From Chiloscyllium plagiosum (taxonomy: Eukaryota): 42,176 nt of DNA. The notes beneath the pieces are model-generated. The model was given only the letters and a program-made list of their open reading frames with translations, did not search any database and was not told where the DNA came from. The position numbers and the translations under genes were made by a program. The stretch lies in assembly GCF_004010195.1 (NCBI RefSeq), contig NC_057753.1, positions 2,676,881 through 2,719,056 on the forward strand, given 5' to 3'. Positions 23,286 through 34,959 of this stretch are shown one piece after another; the first letter of the stretch is position 1, and every line of letters starts with the position of its first letter.

Positions 23286-25857
23286 CTTGGAGTCCGGTTA
23301 CTTGTGGTGTACCACAAGGATCTGTTTTGTGTCAGCTGCTGTTTGGCATTTTTTATAAATGACTTGGACGCAGGCATAGGTGGATGGGTTAGTAAGTTTG
23401 TTGTTGACATTAAAGTTCGTAGAGTGGTGGACAGTGTGGAAGAATGTTGCAGGTTGCATGGGGTCTTCGATAAGCTGCAGGCTTAGGCTGAGACGTAGCA
23501 AATGACATTCAATGCAGATACCTGTGAGCTAATTCAGTTTGGGAAGAATAACAGGAAGGCAGAATACTTGGTCAATGGAAAGATTCTTGGTATTATGGAT
23601 GTGCAGAGGGATCTTGGTGTCCATGTAAATAGACCACTGAAAGTTGCCACCCAGGTTGATAGTGATGTTAAGAAGGCCTTGGGTGTCTTAGGTTTTTTTG
23701 GGAGGTTGATTGGATTCCGGAGCCGTGACGTCATGCTGCATCTGTACAAAATGCTAGTGCGGCCTCACTTGGAATATAGTGCGCAATTCTGGTCGTCCAA
23801 ATTACGGGAAGGATGTGGAAGCATTAGAAAAGGTGCAGAGGAGATTTATCAGGATGATATTTAGTCTGAAGGGAAGGTCTTATGAGGGAAGGCTGAAGAT
23901 CTGAGGTCTGTTCTCATTGTGGAGAAGTCAAAGAGGGGATTTAAAAGAGACACAAAAGATGATCAGAAGATTAGGTACGGTGGACAGAGAGAGTGTTTGT
24001 TTTCTAGGATGACACCGGCATTTAAGAGGGGGCATAGCTACAAATTGAAGGATGAAAGATTTAAGACAGATGTCAGAAGCAGGTTTTTTACTCAGAGGGT
24101 GTTAAGGGCGTGCATCGCCCTGACTGTCAATGTAGTTAACTGAGTCCTTCGATAAGTGTATGGATTGTAATGGGATAGCGTAGGGGATGGACGTACGTTC
24201 GTTCACAGGTCGGCGCAACATTGGGAACCGTCAGGCCTGTTCTGCACTATATTGCTCTATGTTCTATGTTCTAAACATTGTATTAACTTAATCTCAAGAC
24301 CACGCAATCTCTATCTGCCCACTGTCTGCAATCTTCGGCTTGCTTATTTCCCTCAGTTTTATTTCTTCCTTTTTACTGCAAGTATTTTTTAAATGAAAAG
24401 GTACCATTTTCAGAGAATGAGTTTTCTAATTTTTTTGACAGCAAGATGCTACGTGGGCAGTTACCTCTCTAAGTCTATGGCATGTGCTCTGCCGATTGGT
24501 GGCAGTTGCATTGACCAGTTTCAAAATACCAGTGTATTTTCCCACCTTATTGCTGGGATGTTGTCAAAACAATAAATTGAAACTCGATTTTTTTTAATTA
24601 TCCGAGTGGTAATTAAAAATCATTGGTCAAATTTGAATTGTTGTCAAAACTGCAAACAAAAACCCAGGTATTCCTTCAACAAATAATTTTTACATGAATC
24701 TCTCTTGAAACAGACTCTCTCCCAATCGTTCTGATCGAGCAGCTGAGCCTGCAGTTTAAGTTTATTTCAATATTCAGAATACACTCTCTATTTCAAAGTG
24801 AACAGATTATTTCGGCATCTTAACACTTCCATCCTTGAGAAAAAATGAGTTATCATAACGAAAAGTTGGATTCATTTAATTTTGTCCAATTCCTAATACC
24901 ATTTCAATGAAATGCATATGCCATTAATCTAATTAATTCTGCACACATAAAGAACATTGGAATCGGTACAGTCCTATCTTATCTTAACACTTTCTTTTAA
25001 AACCGTGATAACATATCTGCTGATACATTCTTACGACCTGCAACATGCACAATTTCTAAATTTAAAGTCTGTAACATAATCTTCAATGCAATTGTCTCAC
25101 AGTTTTGTCTTTACATCTCTCCAAAATGTGACAGAATTTGTGCTAAATGTACACAACAGTCTCGAACACGTTGTTCATAACATAAACATTAAAATGTTGT
25201 CACGCCTGTACGAAACTCAATAACTCTTCTTCGGTAGTGGAGCATTTTCTCTGGTGGATATTTCGTTTCTTTGAAAAGTAGCCAATTGGATGCTCAGTTT
25301 CACTATCCTCTTCCTGCATCAAAACACCTCCATTCCCGCTGTGGTTAACAACGATTACAACTTTAAAGGATTTCAAAATATTTGATGGGCTAAAACTGGT
25401 CCGATGGATAATGTTGCTTTTAATTTCTCAATAGCCTCTTGCAATTGTTATATCCACTGAAATTTCGTGTTCTTCTTTGGTAAATGCTCCAGTGGTGCCA
25501 TCACACTGCTGAAGTTTGATACAAATTTTCGGTAGAATCTATTCAGTCCCAAATCTTGGCCCATCCTCTTTCTTTGAGGATGGATGTGGAATGTTCTTTA
25601 ATGGCCTTCATCTTCACGTTCCGTGAGGTCATCCTTCCATGTCCGGATGTATGGCCCAAGAACATCACCTCTGTCTTAGTGAATTCTGTATGCTTTGTAT
25701 TTTTTTTGCCAATTTCATTTATCAAAATCGTTCGAAGAGCTCTGCCAACTGTACTATGTGATCTTTCCATAAATGGTTGAAGATCACCACATAATCAAGA
25801 TATACAGCACAATTATTTAATCTTGATGCAACTCTGTTCGTGATCTTTGGAATGTTG

Positions 25858-25985
25858 CTGGTGCATTCTTGATTCCAAAGGACACCATTTTGAATTGCAA
25901 CTCCACGGTACCCTAATTTACCTGGTGCATTCTTGATTCCAAAGGACACCATTTTGAATTGCAACTCCTCAGTACCCTGATTTAC
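25858..25985. repeat. 64-bp tandem duplication (2 copies, 3 mismatches)
   Basis: ctggtgcattcttgattccaaaggacaccattttgaattgcaactcc... occurs at 25858 and 25922. Confidence 0.95.
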
Positions 25986-26885
25986 CTTTGACTTTTCCAC
26001 CGCAAGGGGCGTCACTCCCAACTCGGATCCCGTCACCTCGTTACCGGGAACAAACTGGCAATATCTCCCATTGTTACTTCCACAGTCTTGATTGCCTCTG
26101 CAACCTGATGTTACACAAAGAAGTGTAAAATTTCTGTCCATCTAGTCTATAAATTATCACCTCCCAGGTAACATTTCGGAATGAGTATAACTACGTTCGT
26201 CTATTATTATTAGAGAGAGATTAAGATTTTCTTTCCCTTCTCCACCTGTTCTTCCTGAATAAACGTTACCCACAGAGATGAGGTCTTTGTAGAGATTGGG
26301 CACTAACTCAATACATAGCCTCTGTCGAGGCTGTGTACTCTCCTGCAGCTCCTCGACCTTTCTTGATGTTTCCTTTACACCTTGCACTTATCCCACTGGT
26401 GTCGTCTCTTTTCACACAGTAGCTTCCTTCAACAACCAGCATTGTAATTTAATTTGTCCTGCCTCACAGAAGTCGAAACACTTGAAATATTTCATCTCCT
26501 TTGAATACCCTGAGGCTTCTTTCTTCACCTGTGACAAATTGTCGCCAGTGTTCTCCAGTTTTTGCTTTTTAGTGATGGATGTTTCCTGAGAGAATTTCTG
26601 AAAGTCATGGGATGAAATTCCTGTCAGAAGATAAATTTCACTTTATGCAACAATGCATATTCATCTGCCTTCTCAGCCATTTTTCTCATTTCTTGACCTA
26701 TCCGTTCATTCACATGAAGTTTTTGCCATCTCTGGAAGTGGGTTATTAAACTCCTCCAGCAGAATACTGTCTCGTAGGCCCGCACACATATATCAAAATG
26801 ACTATGTCCAATTCGTTCAAATTCATCATAAGTCTGACGTGGTCCCTTCTTCATGCTTCTGAACTGCTGTCTATACGCTTTTGGT

Positions 26886-27103
26886 GCTGAAAATGTGTTG
26901 CTGGAAAAGCGCAGCAGTTCAGGCAGCATCCAGGGAACAGGAGAATCGACGTTTTGGGCATAAGCCCTTCTTCATGAATCCTGAAGAAGGGATTATGCCC
27001 GAAACGTCGATTCTCCTGTTCCCTGGATGCTGCCTGACCTGCTCGCTTTTCCAGCAACACATTTTCAGCTCTGATCTCCAGCATCTGCAAACCTCACTTT
27101 CTC
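26886..27103 (+). mobile_element. 218-bp fold-back non-autonomous element with 15-bp TSD, inserted in Gypsy gag
   Basis: TSD ctatacgcttttggt (26871-26885 and 27104-27118); near-perfect hairpin 26886-27069 plus a 34-nt unpaired tail. Confidence 0.92.
26976..27013 (+). ncRNA. Minimal hammerhead ribozyme motif in the fold-back element
   Basis: GAAUC-CUGAAGA-A-GGGA-UUAU-GCCC-GAAAC-GUC-GAUUC, with a 5-bp helix I (GAAUC/GAUUC). Predicted cleavage is after C27008. Confidence 0.72.
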
Positions 27104-28704
27104 CTATACGCTTTTGGTACCGATTTTCAGATACTTAAAATAGACTTTCTTGGCATCTGCGTAACCTCTTGACCCGTCACAGCGCTGCAAATACCTCAGT
27201 AGTTCTGCCTATCAGCTGGGTCTGAACTAGCATTAGCCACAATTTCTCTTGCCTCTCTTTATCTCCAGGCAGTATTTCAAATAAAATATATAAGGTTTCC
27301 ACATCATCCTCATCAAAATGTGCTATTATTTTGAAATATCAATAACTTCTCCCTTCATCTTCATTCTGTTAACTTGAATTTCCTGACTAATTAGCAATTT
27401 ATGAAGTTCAAGTTCTATCTCTCTTTCTTATCTCTCTCTCTCTCCATGTCACCGCCACCTCCCCCCGCTCTTTTACTCAGCCAAGTACCTTCTCTCCCTT
27501 TCTTTATCTTTTAACGCCAACTTTGTGGTCCAATTGCAAGTTAAGTCTTTCTAACTCTACTGCACTGCCCTGTTTCTCCGAAATACCTAAGTGCTTGAAA
27601 AACTCTACCAAAATTCCAGCTTTCCTTTTGTCCAGAGATAAACAGATTTCTAACCGATTTGACATCACTACATTTCTCTCCTCTGTCAGTCTTTCAAAAC
27701 TTCCTTGGCAGATTTGGGAAGCATCCTCAAACCTGAGAATCGCTTTCCCAATGATAACATTACTAAAGAACCATATCCCTCACTTTTAATTTAACCAACC
27801 ACAAGTAACGAAATTAAACAAATTTTCTTATGTAAGTTTTATTTAACGACCTAAGGCACTAATAAACAAGTGCTTAAATCTGTTGGGATCAGTTGTACCC
27901 CAATTCATTTCAAATCTGTCCAAATCCCTGACTGGATTTTTCTAAACCTGTCCACATCTGTCCAACTCTCGGATGACGAGCTACCAAACCTTTACAACCC
28001 GAAAGTGAACCTTTTCTGCTAACTAAACCAGACACCGAGAGAAGCTTGCCTCGATTCGCAATCTCTTAAAGTTGGAATGACAAAGAGCTCCTAAATTCCA
28101 CTATTTAAAAAAAAACATTTTTCTTCCTCTAAACGTGAACATTAAACAAAAATAACTATTCACAAATCTAAGACCCCCTTTCTGTTATTTGCTTACACTC
28201 TGAAACCAACTCTGCAATCATAATCTGTTCCAGTAAGATGCTTATTAAAATTACATCAAAATAATTTCAAAACCACATAGTCTCTGTCTTCTTCTGTGTC
28301 TTCACTCTTCTGGCTGTTGATCTCCATGAGGCGTCTTCTTTTATTTTATTGTGAGTATGAAGAGGTACTTTTCATAGAGCGCATTCTCAAATTTCTTTGA
28401 GATTGTCTCCAACGAGTTTCTCCTTTCTCGGCAATTGTTCGTTCTGAGCATTTTTCAAAATGTCCACGTCATTTTCTCCCCAAGTATCGATCGACTGATT
28501 GGTTCGATGTTGGGAAAACAATAATTTCAAACTCAGTTCTGTTTTAATATGCTGGGACATCATTTAAACTGATTGGTTAAATTCGAATTGTTGTCAAGAT
28601 ATCAACCAAAAATCGGGTATCCATTCCACAGGTAAATTTTACATATCTTCAGTGTTCCAGTACACTCTGGGACTGCCATCTAGTCATATACGCAGGTGCT
28701 TGTA

Positions 28705-28870
28705 CGTTTAGAGTAGTGCTGGAAGAGCACAGCCGGTCAGGCAGCATCCGAGGAGCAGGATAAAAAGCGTCCTGCTTCTCGGATGCGACTTGACCTGCTG
28801 TTCTTTTTTTTCAGCACCATTTTAATCTTGACTCTAATCTCCAGCATCTGCAGTCCTCACTTTCGCCAAA
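28705..28870 (+). mobile_element. Fold-back element with deleted centre, inserted in the Gypsy 5' LTR
   Basis: TSD gtgcttgta (28696-28704 and 28871-28879); arms gcatccgaggagcagga and tcctgcttctcggatgc; family tail ctccagcatctgcagtcctcacttt. Confidence 0.85.
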
Positions 28871-29351
28871 GTGCTTGTAAGCCGTCAGTTCAGAACAGAT
28901 TTCTCTGTCTCTTAAAAGTACAGTACTTGCTTTCAACTACATATCATGGTGGAGAGATACAATTGGATGTGGGGCCATATCGCGCTTCTACTGTGGTAAT
29001 ATGTACTGAATAATGGATCAGGACACAATTTTGAAGTATTTGGCATGAAAGGATAATTTTTCATCACCGGTAATGGTGTAACTCACTGCTTTGGCCTTTT
29101 CTCAATATCCACAAAGTTATTGTTTACATCAAGAAATATTAGTGTGAAGGCTTTGAATCACAGCGTATTTCACTTCAGAAATATCACGAAGGTAAATAAT
29201 TCATCCAACAAAACATAAACACAATCTGAACAACAGCTACACAGATCTGTTTTTTTGCAAGGACTTCAATAAAACTTAATAAACTAATGAGCTTTCGGGA
29301 ACCTGGAATGAGTCATTAAGATTCTTAACGAGCTCACAATAACTGAGAGGA

Positions 29352-32231
29352 ATGAATGAAGTAGTAAAAGCTGTGATGTTTGCCATTTACTGTCCCGTCA
29401 TTGCAGCAATCGGAGTTTCTGGTAAATTACCTAGACACTGACTACACAACTGATGGGTAATCAGCAGCGAATGAGATGTTTCAGTAGAACCACTTCTCCA
29501 CTTTTTAGGTACTCTCTCTCCGATTTAATGTCTTCTCATTTCCCCTCCATCACTGTACTGAATTTCATTTAACTGTGATAATTGTTTTTCTCCACACTTG
29601 CATTATTCAGTATTTCAAACTCTCCTACTTTTTTCATTTTTGACAAAACATGAGATTGCATGGAATTTCACCACGTTATTATGTTTATTTCAAAACCTTG
29701 AGTATAACGTTTCTTCACAAATCCCCTATAATTTGATGTTTAGCTTTATTGTGTCTCCCGACACATTTACAACTTCGTTGTTATAATTACATGATTCCTC
29801 GAGTTTCGTGATTACATCTTACCAGGTAAATGTAGTCCTCATATGCAATTGGCCCAGTTTCTGCAGTGGATTGGGATAATGTTATCATGAAGTTAATTCT
29901 GTTCTATTCTGCTATTGACCTTGTTCATGTGGGTGAATTAACGATGCCTTGTTGTGTAAATTAGTTCTGTCGTCACACTGAAATTCACACGTTATTTTCA
30001 TAATGTTATTCTGTTCTGTTCTTCGGGTGAATTGCCATATTGTTTACAGTGTGCAATTCTAGTTTTTTGTGATATTGAAAACTACAGAGAAGTGACACGA
30101 TGAATGATAATTGAGATTTGTTAATGGAAAAACATATATGACTGAATTTAATTATGAAAAATATTAAGGAGACAGTAGAAAACACCAAGATAATGACCAA
30201 GTCTTTTTATGCATCTGTCTGGAATATTTGATCACATTTCCATGGCTTCATTCTCTGAGACAGAACTTGAATCTCAGTGTTTGCAACTGAAGTAATAAAT
30301 TCCCACTGCAAGAAAATCATGAAATGTCTTCTGCATAAACATCGTTGTTGTGACATTTTTATGGATTACTGGTATGTGTCATTTTCTTTTGTTCTCAGCC
30401 TCTGCAACACTGGGTCCTTCAGCATGTTTATCCTTCACAACATTCGCTGCAGATGATGACTCTTTCATGGCTGATTTCCTTTCTTTTCATGTTTTCCCCT
30501 ACACAGAAATGCTCAGACACCATCTTCACTATGTTCTCCACACTGAGTAACATTCCATCGATTGCACTAACTCTCAAAGGCATAGTGCACAGATCCTTGC
30601 TTCAAATGTCCACTCACCAATGAAATTATTTGATAATCCATCCAATACTGCTCGAGTATTGAGCTACAATATGGCTTCTTACTGTCTGCGCCTTGCTTTC
30701 TTTTTTTGCAGTCCATCCAATCGATATCTACAAAACCAAATTTGTTACTTGGTGTTTGGTCTCACATTTATAACTGAGATCGACCGAATATGTCCCTTTC
30801 AAATGGAAGATAAAACTGTTGTGATTTTGCATTCATCTTGATCTGAAAAAAACGTTGCACATCTTACTTGCTGTCCAACAATGAATAGTTTTATAATAGC
30901 TTATTGAATGCAGTCAATTTGAACATACAGTGTAACATACTCAGTGCCCATGTTGCTTTAATTGCTTATTGTCGGTTGCTTTACATTTTTTGTATATTTT
31001 CGACAACTATCTGTAATGCTACCGAGTCAGTTGTGTCTTAAATGTTAGAAGACACGAAAATAGTTTGCATTATATTGACATTGACTTCGTGTACTTTGTC
31101 ATCTGGAAGCCATAATAAATTGGATGTATACCATTGACTGGTTTTAAGTGTAATTTACATTTGAGTTTTGCGTCATGAAACTTTCAAACTTACAATTCCA
31201 TTGAAGAGAAGGGTGAATTCTTTTCAGAGTAAAATCTGCAACATTCATTTTCTTTTTTTCACTCTCTTTGTGCCTATTACAGGTAGCTAAACAGTTATTA
31301 TGATCGTGACTCGATGCAAGTGCGGTATCTCCAGATGTATTGATTATTACCTAGTGACAATGGCAGTATCAGAAATACAGGTCATAGTGACAGCTGTCAT
31401 ATTAAATCGCATTGCTGGAATTTATTTCCCATCGTTTTTTTTCTCTCAAACACACTAGCGTGCAGTGTGTGCTCTGCTTTCAATTACGGATTTATTGATA
31501 GCTTTGCTTGGTTAACAGACAGTTTCACAATTGATCAATTTGTATCCATTTCTTGTCTGACGTTCAAAATAACATTGCATCAGGAGGACGGCAATGCGCG
31601 TTGGAGGAATTGTGACCACATTAAGTTGCATACAAATATATTTGTATATTTTACATATGAAACGAACCAAGTAGTACAAAATATACATTGGTTCTGCAAA
31701 CTAAAAGATATATCTTTCACGTCACTTGCATGGGCTGCATATGATTGGATTTGTTCAATTTTAATCACTTGTCTCCCATTCATTATGATCTTACTGCTCA
31801 ACGCTCAGACCTGCCACATATGTTCTAGTGGCTAAGAGAGCCTGCACGAGACTGCAGACTCAGAGGATGGGAACGAATCCGCGCGATGCAGAGATGGAGA
31901 AGGGGAGGAAGTCAGTCGTTTGCCCTTTGCCTCTTCAGGCAATTTCAATCTGTTCAATGTATTGTACGTTATAACAATTGCACGCATTGGGAATCTTAGT
32001 TGTGCATCCGGTTCTGACTTTAATAATCTCTCTTTTGTGCTCAGTGAAAATGCATTTATGTTTCAGTTTTTGAGTTTCTGCATCAACACATTTATTTATG
32101 CTGGAACCTACGATAAATTCAGAGCTCAGTTAAATAATTTGGTAGAATATCCCTGGAAGCTTTTCTACAAAATTTCAAGATTTCAAAGTTGGAAAAAGGG
32201 AGAGAGCGAAGTTTTATTGTCAATACACTAA
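29352..32231 (+). pseudogene. GPR139-like pseudogene (gene B): exon 1 29352..29421, exon 2 from 31283
   Basis: Exon 1 encodes MNEVVKAVMFAIYCPVIAAIGVS followed by a GTAAAT donor; the acceptor TTACAG ends at 31282. Lesions: in-frame TAA at 31288-31290, frameshifts near 31440, 31575 and 31810, DRF changed to DQF, NPFIY changed to NTFIY. Fragments appear as ORFs 31467 and 31920. Confidence 0.9.
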
Positions 32232-33949
32232 TAAACCAGAGCATCAGACCAACAGTGTCAGCAAATCTTGTGAAATTCTTCAATGAAACATGCCGTTGAC
32301 ATTTAAATTCAAACTAATAAATCTGGAATATAATGCGAGTTGGAATAATAGTGACATCCAAGCTCTCATCCAGTCCCAGGTTCATTCACCGAGGGACTCT
32401 ACAGATGGAAGTCTGCAACGTTGACTTGATTCTGTCTACGTGAGACCCCAATTCATCTGAATTACGCTTGGCTACGAACTGTCCTCTGAAATAGTCTGGA
32501 ATACAATTCAGTTTAAGGGCCCCTGAGGTCAGGAAATGAGTCTTGCATTTGTAAGGAATGCCCATGGCAGGAAATGATTGTCGGAAAAAAAGGATACATT
32601 ATATTCCAACAGCTCCTTTTCTTAACCATGTGCCGCCTCGAGAAATGTATCCGAAAGACCAGTTAACCAATTGAAGCCTGACCAGCTGGGATTTGTGTTA
32701 AATTGATCTTCAATGTGTTCTAAAAATCTCAATTAATTAATTGTCAATTCTACAACCTTTCATTATGAGGGAGCCGTTGTCGTCAATTTGAAAAGAAAAT
32801 CCTTTCAAAAGGTATCAGGGTTCTTGTGGCGCGGGTTCAATTCCTGCCTGCTCCTGAGTTTTCCAGTAACATAATCATAGTGATAGATCTGCACCTCCAC
32901 CTCTAAAGGATCCAGTGCCACTTATGCCACAGTTGCACAGTAAGATTTCTAAAGAAATTGATGGGGAAATTACATTGACCAGGACTGCTTGTCTTCTGTC
33001 AGCAAAGTGCTATGTAACATATTTTGATTAAACTTTCTCATATTTAGCTTTATTGCCATTTAAGTTGCTACTACCCTGCCAAAACAAAGCATTACAGTGA
33101 GTGAAAATAATTTGTCAATTTAACACATCTGAAAATGAAATTATGCAAAATCAAACGGAGGGCCCACACCAGGAATCGTATTTATTAACCTAAATCTTTT
33201 GGCTTTATAAAATGCTAAGCTGTACATCCGATGATTAGGGATCCAAGGGGCGATGTTAGGTTTTTTTTTCTCACTAAATAGAGGCAAAAACTGTTAGATA
33301 AAGGTGAATGTGGGTTGTTTGAGAAGAGATACTCAACGTCCATCACTGCAACGATGGACGTTGCTGAGATAATAGGATTTGAACAACAATAGAACATTCC
33401 GCCATGTTTACGATCATGAGTGAAATGTGGCATGACTGCATATGCCTGTCCCGAGGCCATAACTCTTGCTTACAGCAAAAAATATCTCAGATTCAAAAGT
33501 AACGATAGATCTAACATTAACTACCTTTTGTGGAAAAGAGTTTCAAACATCTGTCGCCCTCTGTGCATTGAAGTGCTTCTGAGCATCTCTCCTGACTGAT
33601 TGGACAGAATTCTTAGACTATTTATTCCCCAGCTCCTGAATCTCCAAACAATGGAAATAGTTAATGTTTACCTTTGCTGTCTTTTTCCTGTTAATATATT
33701 TTCAACTTCCGTGAGATCACCCCTTGACTTCGAAATTCAAAAGAATTCATCTGGAGAGCCCGTGTTGTTTGTTGGAAGCTTGGTAATGTTGTTGGGCTTT
33801 CTTGTTCATAAATCTAAGTTTACCAAATAAGCTCGATGTAACATAGTTTTTACTCGCAGCATTTACTTTCAAATTGCATAAAATCTTTATTGGTGTCTCG
33901 TCGTTATTTGTATCCATTTTGTTGTCTATATGTGGATTGGTGTTGATTG

Positions 33950-34075
33950 TTTGGATAGGCATATGGACGAGAATGGAATTGTGCAGGTTAGATGGGCTTC
34001 GGATTGGTTTCACAGGGCAGTGCCACGTCGAAGGCCAATGCACCTGCACTGCGTTGTAATGTTCTATGTTCTATG
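33950..34075 (+). mobile_element. Short CR1 3' UTR tail
   Basis: Ends gaaggcc..ctgcactgcgttgtaatgttctatgttctatg, similar to 24160-24273. Confidence 0.7.
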
Positions 34076-34959
34076 CATGTGTCTAAATGTGTGTGTGCCT
34101 CTCTCTAGCTATGTTACTGTGCTTCACATATACAGTGTGTTCTTCTGATGCGTTCGTCATTGACTGTCTCTCCGATTTCTCATCATATCGCTTTGGATAT
34201 TCTTTAGATCAGTTTTGAACGTGAAAATTTGGATGCTTTGAAAACTCCACAATCAAAAGTTCTACTAATGATCATTAAATTAGCTGTTGCAAATCTTCAT
34301 TGGTAAAGGAAGCAACATTATCGTGGCCATAAGCAACGGGTTGATATTCCACGCTTTGGTTGTTAGAGAGTTGCCAGCATCTGTGTGCATAAAATAAGAG
34401 CAAACTATTTTAATCCACTTCTTCACAATAATTGAATTCATTCAAAGTCATTTCCTTGCCACTGTGAAACTTCAGAAAGTCTTCATCGAATATACAGAAG
34501 CTTCTTTAATGATTATTTTACTCTGATTTTAGGCTTTTTAACGCTACTATGGTTTGCGGAGCACTGGATAAGTGAGATTTTAACTGTGCAGCATATTACA
34601 AATCACCACAGCTGAATGTTTGCTGGTCTCTACCAAGCTAAGCGATTTGGCTGCACAGATTTCACAGCTCTCACATTCTCGAAATTGCCCATCTCTTGAG
34701 ATGTGATGACCCTCTGGTTAAACCACGACCAGTCGCCTCGCTCTAATAGGAGGTCAATTTAAGGTGAGAGGTGAAAACTTTAAATGGTACCAAGGCCCAA
34801 CTTTTCCAGAAGGTGGTTGTGTAGTGCTCTCAAAGGAAGTGACAGATTCGGGTGCAGTTACAACATTTGAAAGACATTTAAACAGGTAAATAAATAGGAA
34901 AGATTCGACAGGCTCACGCTGAAGTGTAAATCGCATGAGATACAGAGAGAGATAGTCAA

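Larger units (their letters stand above)
21277..24273 (+). mobile_element. 5'-truncated CR1 LINE inserted into the Gypsy LTR
   Basis: PLALIFESSL..PEDWR..NVVPLFEKG..NYRPVS..NQHGFVKGKS..TNL (ORF 21675), GVPQGSVL, FINDLD, LVRPHLEY and a (TTCTATG)n 3' tail. LTR sequence resumes at 24274. Confidence 0.95.
21037..28950 (-). mobile_element. Gmr1-like Gypsy element with LTRs at both ends, integrase deleted, several nested insertions
   Basis: 3' LTR 21037-24825 (TGTTATGATGC...GCATCTTAACA) with PPT at 24826-24836; RNase H and RT 25000-25985 (QFKMVSFGIKNAP, AVYLDYVVIF); protease remnant; degenerate zinc knuckle CFDFCEAGQIKLQC (~26440-26485); SCAN-like Gag PKAYRQQFR..RQTYDEFER; degenerate tRNA-Pro-type PBS 27967-27986; 5' LTR ~27990-28950. 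Confidence 0.85.

Noticed and set aside
25858..25985. CRISPR-like repeat
   Set aside because: Two adjacent 64-bp copies with no spacer, inside a retrotransposon in eukaryotic DNA.
26881..27138. Overlapping ORFs on both strands with a shared peptide (QAASREQENRRFGH)
   Set aside because: A consequence of the palindromic element, not coding sequence.
33215..33460. Possible LINE AP-endonuclease remnant (DRKHGG..LIIGC)
   Set aside because: Too degenerate to support without a profile search.
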